DNA of 64,000 nucleotides from Klebsormidium nitens (lineage: Eukaryota; Plantae; Klebsormidiophyceae), in assembly GCA_000708835.1 (NCBI GenBank), contig DF237001.1, forward strand, positions 1 to 64,000, in the 5' to 3' direction. A program made the translations under genes and the position numbers. Below, one piece after another: positions 46,873-58,800 of this stretch (position 1 is the first letter of the stretch; each line of letters opens with the position of its first letter). Below the pieces are notes generated by a model. It searched no databases. It was not told the DNA's origin and saw only the letters and a list, made by a program, of their open reading frames with translations.

Positions 46873-49800
46873 CTACTCGGCATTGAGCGTGAGCAGTTCC
46901 TTGGGCGTGCTACCCGCGAGCGCGATCTTCTCCACGGTCGCCGGCGAGTTGAGCGGGAACCACGCGGTCTCGTTCCGCTCGGCACGCGCGGAAGCGACGG
47001 CAGACCGGATCGCCAGGACGGCACTGCAGAAAAAGCCGATTGAGGTCTCTCTAAGACCTAGCCTCAGCGTTTACGAATCTTCTGTGTTGTAAAGTTTTTG
47101 GCGACCCGGGAAGCCCTTAAGTGATCTTTGACGAAGCAACGACTGTTGCTTTGCAGGGCCGCAACGGCTTCTTCGACCCCGGTTGCGGAATTCAAACTTC
47201 AGCTCCTTGTCATCATCGTCCCTTATGCCCCTGTGAAGGCCGTTCCCCGTCGTAGCCGTTCTGCATCGTAGCGTTCAAAAAGTCGTAGTTTCGATCATCG
47301 TGTTGTCCTCGTACGGCTCTCGCTCTTGTGAACCAGATTCGTCCTCTCGAAGAAGCGCGCGTTGATTACTCGAGGTATCCAAAAAGAATACCTTCTGAAT
47401 CGGACTTAGAAAGACGTTTTCAAATTCTTGCAACCGAGAGGACGTCCCAACGCGACCCGCCACCGTCAAAAAAAGACAAGCAGGCTGACGCTGGCACGAC
47501 GTCACTCCACAGGAAAAGCAGACTGCCACTGGAAAAACGTGCACGGTATCGTGGGCATTTGCACCAAGGAAAGAATGGGACCAAACACTGCACAAATGTT
47601 TTCTTGTCAACAGGAAAGCCACATTGGAAGCACGAAAAAGTGCCTCACGCGCATGCAATCCTCAGCGATCCATTTCGTGGTGACGTCTCTGCAGCTTTCG
47701 ACGGGAACCAATTCTGATTTACTCTCGGAACGGGTGGATCCGGAAGTTGAGTCGTATCGGGAATTGTATGGATTTGAAATTGACCACTTTATCGAAAATG
47801 AGTGGTCTCGAATATTGACTGGGAGAATTGCGTGGCTCTGAATGTTGAGACTCTCAACCAGACCCAACAGATTAGAGAGTGCACTCTTTAGAGCTGCGGT
47901 TCAGGTTACAATTTCAAAATAAGACCTTGGGTCTCGGGTGTATTCACCTCGCGGCCATGGCGGTCGGGGGCTCGCCGGAGCACTGCACATCAGCGCGACA
48001 GTTGAGAAACCTCCCGTGAGTAGACCGAATTGTTGACGTTAAAATTACAAATTCGATTGAAACGGAGGATTTGCAGTCGCATCAGAACTCACAGCTGGCT
48101 ACAAAATCAGAAGGGCCGCAAGTTGCCCGAAAGGATCACGAAGATAACTACAAAGAGGGCTAAACTTTCAATTTACAAGTCGTCCTACAAGATAAAAACG
48201 CCTTGTCAATATAAAGAATATGGCTGTGCGCACGAGTTGATGACGTGCTCTTAATGCAACAAGGGCCGAGAATATGTGGAAATTCCAGAGGGGCAGAAAG
48301 ACAGAAAGTAAAAGCTTGAAATCGTAGGGACCCTTACAGCAAACAAACGACTACGTGAGGGTCTGATAGCTTGAAAAAGGAAAGTGTAGAAGACAGCACG
48401 GATGATCCGTACTCAGAAAGGCCTTGAATGACCCCAAGGGCCCCCACTTGGCGCTGTTTGGGGTGTGGTTGTTCCTCAAACTCCGGATTGCAAGACGTAC
48501 TATTCAAGTTGGAATCCTGAACTCTTTTGCTAACGCGTTTTAAAGAGCCTTTACTACGAGATGATCAAGAATGAATCCCAAAGGAAGCCCAGCTTGCAGC
48601 GTGGCAATCATCATTTGGTTTGCTTTTCTGAGAAGGAGTAATCACGAAAAGCCGTAAGAGAGGACACGTGGCAGTCCCACCTTCGAGCGGAGGAAACCGG
48701 AGGGATTGCCGCTATTCTGCAGGAGTGACACGTGGAACTCCACTGGGATGTCCTGGGAAGACGGAACCTACAAAAGCAGCGGGGACTGAGCTCAAAAGGC
48801 AGCCTTTTAGGCGACTAGGGCGAGTGCCTACAGTGATGTTTGGTTGCCCCTATGAGGCAAGGAGGGTTCTCCGAAACACTAGTGGAGAGGGAACCTTCGC
48901 ATATATTAAGAGCATCCTCATTGGTAATCTTGAAGGAAAAGAAGAAGAGAATTCTACGGGTCTGCGTTGAATCTACTCCAATTGGCCCTCGAGTCAAGTC
49001 CTTAGAACCAACGCTTCAGCGTTCGTTTGGCAGAGAGCGACACAAGTCGTTCATCTCCCACACACGTGTTGCAATGTCAGTCCCAACCTTCAAACTCCCT
49101 TGACGTCAGCATGTGATTAGTTCAACTGATATGACAAACCAGCGGGATCAGAACCTCAATAAAGAAAGTCAAAACCCCATAATGACCTCCAATTGTGCAA
49201 TTCCTAGCCCCACACCAAAACCGGACGTCCCAACTCACCTTGTACTCCCACGTCGTGTCCGAGATATTCTTCCCCGCGTCGTTGTACAGAATCTCCTCGC
49301 ACAGGAAGTTACCCAAACCCATGATGTAACCCCCGTGAATTTGACCCACGTCGATTGCCGGGTTAAGGCTCTTCCCAGCGTCTAGCAGAAGGTCCGTCCG
49401 CAGGATGCGCCACTCTCCGGTCAAGACGTCAGCTTCGGCTTCAGTGACCGCAGCACCGTAAGACATATATCTGGGAGGAGGGTTAAGACGTTCCGTTAGC
49501 ATTGCACATATTGGCTCTTCGATAAGTGGCAGGGATTGGATTTGCGGTACCCAGGGTACACGATTGCTTCCTTCCCCCAAAATGTAGCAAGGCAACGTTG
49601 AAGGACACGTTCCTGCGGAGGAAGGAATGAGGTTGAATCAGCACGGGGTACGAAACTGCTTTCTGGTGTGGTGCACAAAACCAGATATTTGTGCATTGCA
49701 ACTTCGCCATCGGCCATCGTGTTCTTTTCGGATCCATTCTTAGACTCGTGGAAGAGCACGGGTAAGCAGCTTGGATGTGGAGGGGGACAGTCTCGCTGAT

Positions 49801-52800
49801 CGAAGGGCCGATATCCATTCCATTTGTATCTCCGAGATGGTGGCGCTGAATGTTGGAGGACAAGTTGCGTTGATGGTGGACAAAACCCGGATGTGAGAAG
49901 CTACACGCCCGCAACTCTCCTCACAGCACTTCAACAAACTTTAATGGAGCAGGAGGTTAGACGCCAGGTTAGGGCAGGTCAAACAGGTTGGGAACAGCAC
50001 GCGCGCTGTTGAGGCAGCGAGTTGCAGCACTTGCAGGCCTGCACGGACGGACCGGAACGGAATGCTGAGTGGAGTGGGCGAGACGAAGAAAACTCAATGC
50101 CAAATGGACAAGTGGTGACCAGAAACTGCGCACAGACCATATCTCAATCAAAGAGAAAGACCGGAATACAACAGCAGAGCAGAGCCACAAAAAAACAGAG
50201 CGGAACGGTAAAAGCGAAACGGAAGGAGAGCGGAACGGAAGCTCACTGGAAGGGCCCCCACGGCGGCGCATCCTCGTCGACGCGCGCGGTAGCCTGCAGG
50301 TCTAGGCCGAGTTCGACCGCCTTGTTAATCAGCTGATGCCACGTGGGCTCCCCTGATTCGGCGAGGCAGGCCCTGCGGGCGATCTTCAGGCTTTCCGCAA
50401 TCCTTGCACAGGCTTTCTGCGGAGCGGAAACCGAAATCTGCTGAGATTCAACCCAAGAAAAAGATCTGAAGGGGATACTAAAGGACTTGCGTCGGTCTAT
50501 GAGCAATCCAAGAAAGAAGAGGAGGGATTCGCAGAACAGAGACGAGATAGAAAGGAAAAGGGAAAGGGTAACGAATGACGTCATGCTCACTTGGGTGGCC
50601 TTGCTGCAAAGCTCCGATCCGATAGACGACTCGGTGCCGTAGGAGTTGTTGGCGACCAGCGTAGAGGTGGGGCCGACCCGGATCATAGACAGCGGGACGC
50701 CGCCTTTGGCGAACGTGCCCAGAGCGTATGCGGCCACCTGCGTTGGGATTTGGTTCAGGAAATCAGGGTTATGAAACCGCAGGGTTTCAGGATGGTACGA
50801 TGATTTCGGACTTTCAGAGCTTGTTGCCACAGGGATGTGGGCGCTCAATAATGGATGGTTAGGGGCTGGTTAAAAAGTAGCTGTGTGTCCATCAACCAGA
50901 CTTGGTCGTTCACCAGCCTTGCAACAGGATCAAAGCCCGTTTATTTGTCTGATAACCTGAGACCCAAATCTGTAAACTACCCTGGTTAGCACTTCCTGTT
51001 TAGTTGAAATGGCCGCCGGCACCCATCACTGGAGCGTGAGTGCTCCGCATGTCGACAACCCACCTTACTCCGATGCAATCGACTGCTCTTCTTGAAGTGA
51101 AAACGGACATCTTCGCGGTCGTCGAAGCTTTCTTGAGGTGCCACGTGTTCTCACAGAATTCTGCCACGTGGCTCACCTGGGCGACCTTTGTGTTAAGCCC
51201 CTGGCCCATTTCCACTCCGGCAGTGTCGACGCGCACCGAACCGTCCGGGTAAATGTTGACCAGCGCACTGTACGGACAGTCCGACCACTGGACGACGAAC
51301 CGGGTCGGGAGCAGGCAGATGCCGCGCTTAACCCACCTGGTTAGAAAGGAACCTTGATTACGAGGGCTTCTGGAGCTTATGCAGTGCTCAAATCACCGAT
51401 TCAAAAGGCGGCAATTACCCGGGCCAGGGTCAAGCTATTGCCGCGCTCAATCCACCTGGTTATGGAGGAATTCTGCTAACTTTGGATTTAAGAGATCAAG
51501 ATGATGCCGCGTTTACACCAGCTGGTTAAGAAGGAACACTGGCTAAGAAGGATCCTGAAAGCTCATAACAATGAAACCTTTTAACTCTAAATGTCGACGT
51601 TGAAGGGGGTTGGGAGCAGGCTTATGCCGCGCTTAAACCACCTGGTTAAGACGGAACCGATTCATGGCAGTCTGAAGAAAACTCTTTTGTGATCAGGCTG
51701 AACGCGAGCTTCACCAGAGGAATGATCGGGTGTGCAATACCTCTGGAGCTAGATAAATTCTGATACAAGCTTATGGTGCTTAACATGGCAACGCAAGTCG
51801 GGCTGAGACGGTGGAAGTGAACAAGTGTTGCACTCTGCTTCGATTCGACAACAAAGACAAGTTCGAAACCGCCTCTGATAAAAAGATCCAACTTCCAGGG
51901 TCGTTGTAGTGGCAAAATCACATGGTTTCCTTCTGGTGATTACTTTCTAGAATGAAAAAAGATTACGATCCAAGAGCTAACGACTTCTGACAATCAAATT
52001 CTTTCGGAGACACATGCGGTCTCACCGGTTCGCCTTGTTGAACTCCTCGACCTCTGCCCGCCGCTTATAATATTTGCTCGACTTCTTGACCATATCGTAC
52101 ACGAGCTGCACGTTGCAATAGTGCAGCGTCTGCTTGAACGGGGTGACGTCACCCTTGCGGTACATGTTGCGCTCCCTGACGTCATCCGCGGGGAGGCCCA
52201 GCTTGTGCGCCACGTGTTCGATGACGTGCTCGATGACGTAGATGCCCTCCAGCGTGCCTGCGCAGAAGACGGGTAATGATTGGTTGAGCTTGTTTACAAT
52301 CAAGTCACGCTGAGTCTGGGATTGTTTTGCTCCCAAAAAGCCTAGCGCCGAAGTGCCCCAGAACAACGGACAACTTCGTGCCTTCAGAGTGCAACTTTGA
52401 AGCAATATTGAGCATCCGTGATTTCGTTATTTTGGTATCCCTGTTCACGCTCTTGGACTGGCGGCTAGAGGTGGCTAGAGGAGGCAAATGCAAGGCCAAC
52501 GCGCATCTTAGATTCTCACGGAGTGCACAACTGTGTTCGCAAAAAGGATTTGGAGTCAAAAAGCACTTGCAAGACATTATTTCAGAGAAGTCGTGAAAGG
52601 CCACCGACGCGATGGCCTAAAGCTGCGGTGTCCTACAATCATGGAGGGGCAACCTCTGAAAGATTCCTATATTCCGATCGTTTCGAGAAATTGACTCTTA
52701 AGGAAGCTACACGCGCTCCAAATCAGGTCGACAACCATTTTTTAGCCGGGGCACGGAACTTGATGAAGATTCGACTTTGGTTGCGGGAGACGCTCTCTTC

Positions 52801-55800
52801 ATTTGCTGCAACTCGTGCAATTCGAGACCAGATACTGAATCACTACCCATTCTGGTCGCCCGAAAACGGCGGTTTCTCACCCGGGGCGCGCATGTAAGTG
52901 CAGGCCGGGAGGTTGGTTCGGGCGACCCAGCCCTCGAGGCGCCAGGCCGGGGAGCGGTACACGTTGTCGAAGAAGATGAAAAGGCCGGCCATGTCCGCGC
53001 CGTCGAAGTCGAACGCGTAGCCCTGCAGAGGGTTTTAGGCTCTGAGATTTTCGATGGGTGTTTCGAAGCTCTCGAGACTTCGATTCATGGTTTCGGGGTT
53101 CTACAGGCATCTTTGGGCTTTCAGGGGTTCTTCCGGTTACAACGCTTTTGGAGCTGCCAAACTTGGAAATGGCTGTGGTCGCCCACGGAGACAAGCGTGG
53201 TCCCGTGCGAAAGTCAAGGATCCAGGGTTGACGGATTTGCGCGTGCTGATTTAGAACTGCGAGGGTTTTCGGGGTCCTTGGTGATTGTCGATTACAAAGT
53301 ATTGACAGCAAGCCTGCTTCGGTTTAGAGCCAAGACATAGCTCATCGAGGACCGAAGGCCCTCGAAGATTTGGTGTTCGTCAGCTGGCAAAGCCACTAAG
53401 CAGGGTCTTCCGTTTTACCCTCTTGAAGCAACCAAGGCAGAGCATCGCTTAATGAGACAAAAGAGTGGCATGAAAACGGGCGAGCAGACACAAACGCTTG
53501 TCACCGTCCAAGGGAAAAGAGGTTTTTGAGGAAGAGAGGCTCGCCTGGTCCATATAGATCGCCATTTGGACAGCCGTCAGCTTTCCGTCCTTAGTCGCAC
53601 CGACCTTGTACTTCACATAGTACGGGTTTCTGCCCCCGACCATCTGCAAATACGGTGAACGAACGTACGCCAGATCAGCTTTCACCATTTTCCGAACGGC
53701 AAAAGTTTGCATGCAAATTAGGTCGTGGTCTGACGAATAGCAGCCGCTTCGTCCCATTGTGTTGATATTAGTCTACTGGACCACAGCGGAAGTGGCAAGT
53801 GCAAACCCTCTAACAGGTACGACAAAAGTCAACGCTTTGAAGGGCATTTGCGACTCTCAACCAGGACCTATTACTGGCTTCTGCGCAGCGCCTCTCTTTA
53901 TTGAGGTTCACGAGAACGATCCAAATCCACTCCCCAAAGTCCAAAAACTCGAAATAAAATCTCTCTCGACCTGACCCTTACAGCTCAAGAAGCCAGAACG
54001 GTACCTGCATGTTGGTACTGAGGTCCAGAACGGTACGAACCGGCCGCCTGAACTTGTCCGCAGCGAGGGCGGTGGCGGCAGCGACCGGGGAGGAGCGGTT
54101 GATCTTGGCGCCAAATGCCCCGCCCACGCGCTTCACCGTCACCTGCAGCAGCGGAAAGGGCGACGGAACGCTGAACAGGGCCTCGCAAAACATGGAGTGT
54201 TTTGTCTCACAGATTAACGGCGCCAAAGGCCCCACCCACTCGCTTTACGGTCACCTGCGGCCGCGGAAATGGGGGACGGAACGCTGAACAGGGCCTCGCG
54301 TTGATCGGGGTGCCCCTTACTTACAGAATATTGCGGATCAGCAATAGATCAAAGCGCCAAAAGCCCCGCCCACGCGCTTTACAGTCACCTGCGGCCGCGG
54401 GAAAGGGCAGCAGAACGCTGAACAGGGCCTCCCAACGAATGAGGTGCTGCTCTTCTGACACGTTGTGCGCGTTGAGAAGAAGGTATCGATTCAGCATTTT
54501 ACTCTGTAAATTCAGGTTGCTTCTATAATGTTGGGAACTGAAAGTTAACGGCCCAATCTGGTTCCCGAATTTGGTCCTCGTCGATTTGGAAACTAGCTCA
54601 CAAATGATGACGGTTCGCATGAACACGTACTGTGCCTAATCATCCAGAAACGTTTCAAATAATCTTATGATTTCTCCTTGACTCGGCAACGCCCAGCAGT
54701 CCCCTTTGCATTATCGCGAGAGCGTACGGCATACCTTTTCACGTGATCCTTGTAACGACGAACGCGGGGTGGTGAAAGCAGAGGAACCTTGATTGCAAAA
54801 GGCCCACTGAAAGGCGCCCGACATAAGGCGACTGATCGCTCTGCGCTAGGCGAAAGTTTGGAGACTTTGCGCCTGAGCGTACCACGGCAGAATTTCGTGA
54901 AGTTGCACATATTCAGCAAAGGGTCGCAGCTCACCGTCACTTTGTGCTGGGGCACGTTGAGAACATTCGCCGCCACGGCTTGGACCTGGAAGATGGCAAC
55001 GACGCGTTCAAGCCTGACTGTTTCTACGGATAGCAGCTCAAGAAGAAAGTTGACGAACGCAAGGCAACACTGTGAAAGTCAAAGCCTCCGCCTCTGTTTG
55101 TCGAAACCCTGCTCATGTTGCTGGATTTGTGAAAAGGCGGAAGTGAAGCTTGCTTCGGAAAGTATGAGAAAGAGATCAGTCTACAGTCTTTTTCCAGATG
55201 AGGCCTATTCGGCATGCCCTAAAGCCTATCCTTCTTCTGTGAGGGGACATAGGAGGACGCCACAATGTTTGGAAGGTATCATCCTCATCGGGCGTTGCCT
55301 GCCTTACGATCGATCAGGTCTTCAAGTCTGCTCATCGCATGATGAGACCGAGCAACATCAGGGAATGCAACAATGAGCAAAGGAAGTTACCTACCTTCGA
55401 AGGGTTCTGCGATGACGGCACAATGTCCGGAGATTCAACTCCATCGGGCATCGCTCCCTCACTTATTGCTCGAGCTCTCTATGCAAATCAACACATAATG
55501 GAACCCACACAAGACCACGACCTTGAAACCCAAAAGCCAGAAGCTCTACTTACCTGCGAGGGGTTCTGCGATGACGTGACGATGTCGACAGCCCCCTCCT
55601 CCCCGGGCGTCGCCTGCGCGCGCTGCGTCTCCAGATGGAAATGGTACGCGTGGCCCAGCGACACCTCGCCCTCCACAATGACGTCAGCGGCCGCGAAGCC
55701 CTTGCTGACGTCACCTGCGGCCACACGAGATATCGTGGGTGACGGGCACCTTTGAAGGTGCGAGAATGATAAAGAATTTTGGTGTGGTCAGGCCCAAAAG

Positions 55801-58800
55801 CAAGCCTGAAGCTTACACCGAACAATTGCGGACAATACTGGGACAAAGATCTATTTTACAACGGCACCCATGATCAACGCCGTATTGCCTTCGTCGAACC
55901 CTATCCTCAAACGTTGCAATCAAAGTCGAAACTGTGGCCTGATTCGCCGGCAACTAATTGTTGTCAGAGGAGAACCTTCAGATTTTAAATTTTCAACCCC
56001 GCGTACTCACAAGCCGGCAATCCAAGGCATGCAAGCTAGAGACTCAGCAAGAAAGGACTCGGTCCTTGAATCTGTCTTGCACAAGAACCAGAGCAGGGAA
56101 CGGAAGGAACCAAGCGCACAAGAGTGACCCTGAACTTGCGTCGACTGGGAATGCCAAAGGGAGATTGCACGATAAAGAAAAGAGCGATGTGCAGACAGGA
56201 AGAGCGGAGAAGTAAGGATGACATGGAAGAGAAGGCAGGATGACAGAAGGGACAGAAGGAAAGAAAGACAAGATGACGCGAGGGTTTGAAACAGAAAGAA
56301 AGAGAGACAGTATGACAAAGGCTTCAAACCTGTCTCTAGCTCCCGGTAACTGTCCTTGAACAGCGAATTCGCCTCGATTGCTTCCTTGATGGTCAGGACT
56401 GGCTTGCTGACGTCTTTGTACGTCACGTTCACCATTTCTGCCGCGACCCGGGCGTGCTCCTGGAAATGACATCACGGGGTTTGCGTAAAGGAGTGGATAC
56501 TCGTCTTGTACTTTCTTCGCACTCGGCCACCAAATCTGAATGGCCCTTTGCTAAACATTGATAATTAGATCAGTACGCTGATTCGAGGCTTGAATGCGTC
56601 ATCCGCAGTTGTGAAACAAAGCACGGTTTTAGGCTGGAACGTTCCGAATGTGCCGCGCACTACTAGTCGCTCGTAAGCTCCGGTGTACTGACCCGGGGCC
56701 AAATCTATCGGCAGAATAAAACCAGACGAAACCACAATTCGGATCTCGCAAAACGATCTTGGAGAACAACACTCACGTAAGAGTCCGCCACCACGAGACC
56801 GATCGCCTGCCCATAGTAGTCCACCTTCTTGCTTGCGACCAAGCACTCGTACTCCCTGCACGACACGGAAAGCCTTCGCTTTTTCCTCCTCCGCTTTCTT
56901 TCTCATTGCAATCGTCCTCCAAATATGCGACCACTACACGGAAGGATGTTGACGTCAGTCGCCATCAAAGAAGTCGAAGGGCTTTCAATTTATGTATCTT
57001 CTGTAAAGCTACTCAGCAGATAAAAACCTTCCCGGAGAAGAACTTCGGTTGCAAAACGTTACCAATCGAGACTAAATTAAGAGGAAGGGAAAACGACACA
57101 GACCAAATGATAGCAGACCAACCATCAGTCTGAATTAGCCACCAGGGATGACACGCCCAATATCTGGAACTAGGAAGGAGAAAAATACCGCTCACCCAAC
57201 CATGGCCGTACATCCGTCCTCGATCATGGACGCAACTGGCTAGAACTAGAAATGAGCAAAAATTCCTGCTCAACCGACCATTTTCCCGTCCCCATCAAGA
57301 ATCATTGAAACAGCTGGCACGAACTAATTCGCTCAATCACCATGCTTTCGTATTCATCCTCGATCATGGACGCAGCTGGCTAGAACTCCGATCCACAATA
57401 ATTTCCGCTCACCCGACCATGTTCCCGTATCCATCCTCAATCATCGACGCAGCCGAAATGAAGCCCTTGACGCCGCGCATCGACAGCGCCGCTGACGGGT
57501 CGATGACGTCGATTGTCGCGTTGGCTTGCGTCGACATGACGAAAGCGGCGTGGAGCGCGTCGGCACGCAGAGGGAGGTCGTCCAGATACTGCGCCTCGCC
57601 GGTTGTCTGCGCCCAAAAGCAGGTTTGCAATTTGCAAATTTGTTCTCTTATTTCATGCTCGACCGGATCTTGCACCCTTCTCTTTTTAAAGTATTTTAGC
57701 AAGCCAGTATGGGAAGAAGAAGCAGCAGACCGCAGCGAACCGCAGAACTTCTTCTAGGCGTGATCTGAAAAAGCAAGATATGCTCTTCCTGGCTTATCAA
57801 TTCGCGTCTTTGTTCAACTAGCTGAATGTCGCAGTCTTGTATCTTCTGTTCGACAATTCTCGAAATCTCAGCGAGTGACGTGCTAAGGTTTTGAGTGCTA
57901 CCCCAGCACGATCTCGGAACGTTTAGACCGTCTGAGGTTTCTGGTCTAATTCCCCGAACGTCCAATAAACTTTAACTCATCTGATGCAGCGCAACTGCCC
58001 TTGGCAATTGCCTCACAGGAACGCATTGCAGGAAACAGGACTCAATTTGAATAAGGAGACCAGTTAAGCCTGGATGACGTCACGCAGACGCCCAACTGAC
58101 CTGGATCTGTGACGACAGCTTGTGGATTGGCTTGCTGACGGGATACTCGGACGGGTCCGTGTCGAACGTAACCGAGCCGCTGGAAATAGGCCGCTCGTAC
58201 TGCGGCAAAGGAACGAAGTTCGCGGGTTAAGAGGGGGCTCAAGAAAAGGTTGGACTAGTTGGTAAAAGGTGACAACTCAGACAGGGGTTGCGGATTGTTC
58301 GTTGAGTTTGAGCTAATTGTGACTCGTCGGCGGACTGACCTACTGTGGATTGCGATCCTTGCAGCGTGAAGAAAAATGAAGATCTTGAATTTGGGGGACT
58401 GCCAGAGCGCTGAAAGTGCGAATGATTCGGAGAGATCGCCATCTGGGCAGTCGATAGTCAAAGTCTCAACCGGCTGAACGTAATCTCTTCTGAACCGCTT
58501 GCAGAATCTAGCCACGAAGCGTGGCACTAACGTCTGCTTCAGCTCGAGCAAACGCGAGGACGTCAGGGTTTTTTGGTTGAGAAACCGTACACTGCGGAGC
58601 TTTCATGCCCTTACGGTTCCAGGGTTTCAGCAGCTCGTCGTTGCTAAAGATGTACATCAAAATGTTGCAAGCTTCAAGCCTTCAAGAAGCTTGGCCTCAC
58701 CGTAGCGGCGGCGGATCGGAGCCGCGGCGGCAGTTTCGAGGGGTCCGCTAGTGCAAGGTACGATTTGTAGAAGAGCGCGGAGACGAGCGACTGGCGGTAC

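Noticed and set aside
54105-54432. Repeat-spacer-like periodicity resembling a CRISPR array (also 4050-4560, 51300-51655)
   Set aside because: The units are copies of adjacent exon and intron sequence in a eukaryotic gene, are long and degenerate, and no cas genes are present.
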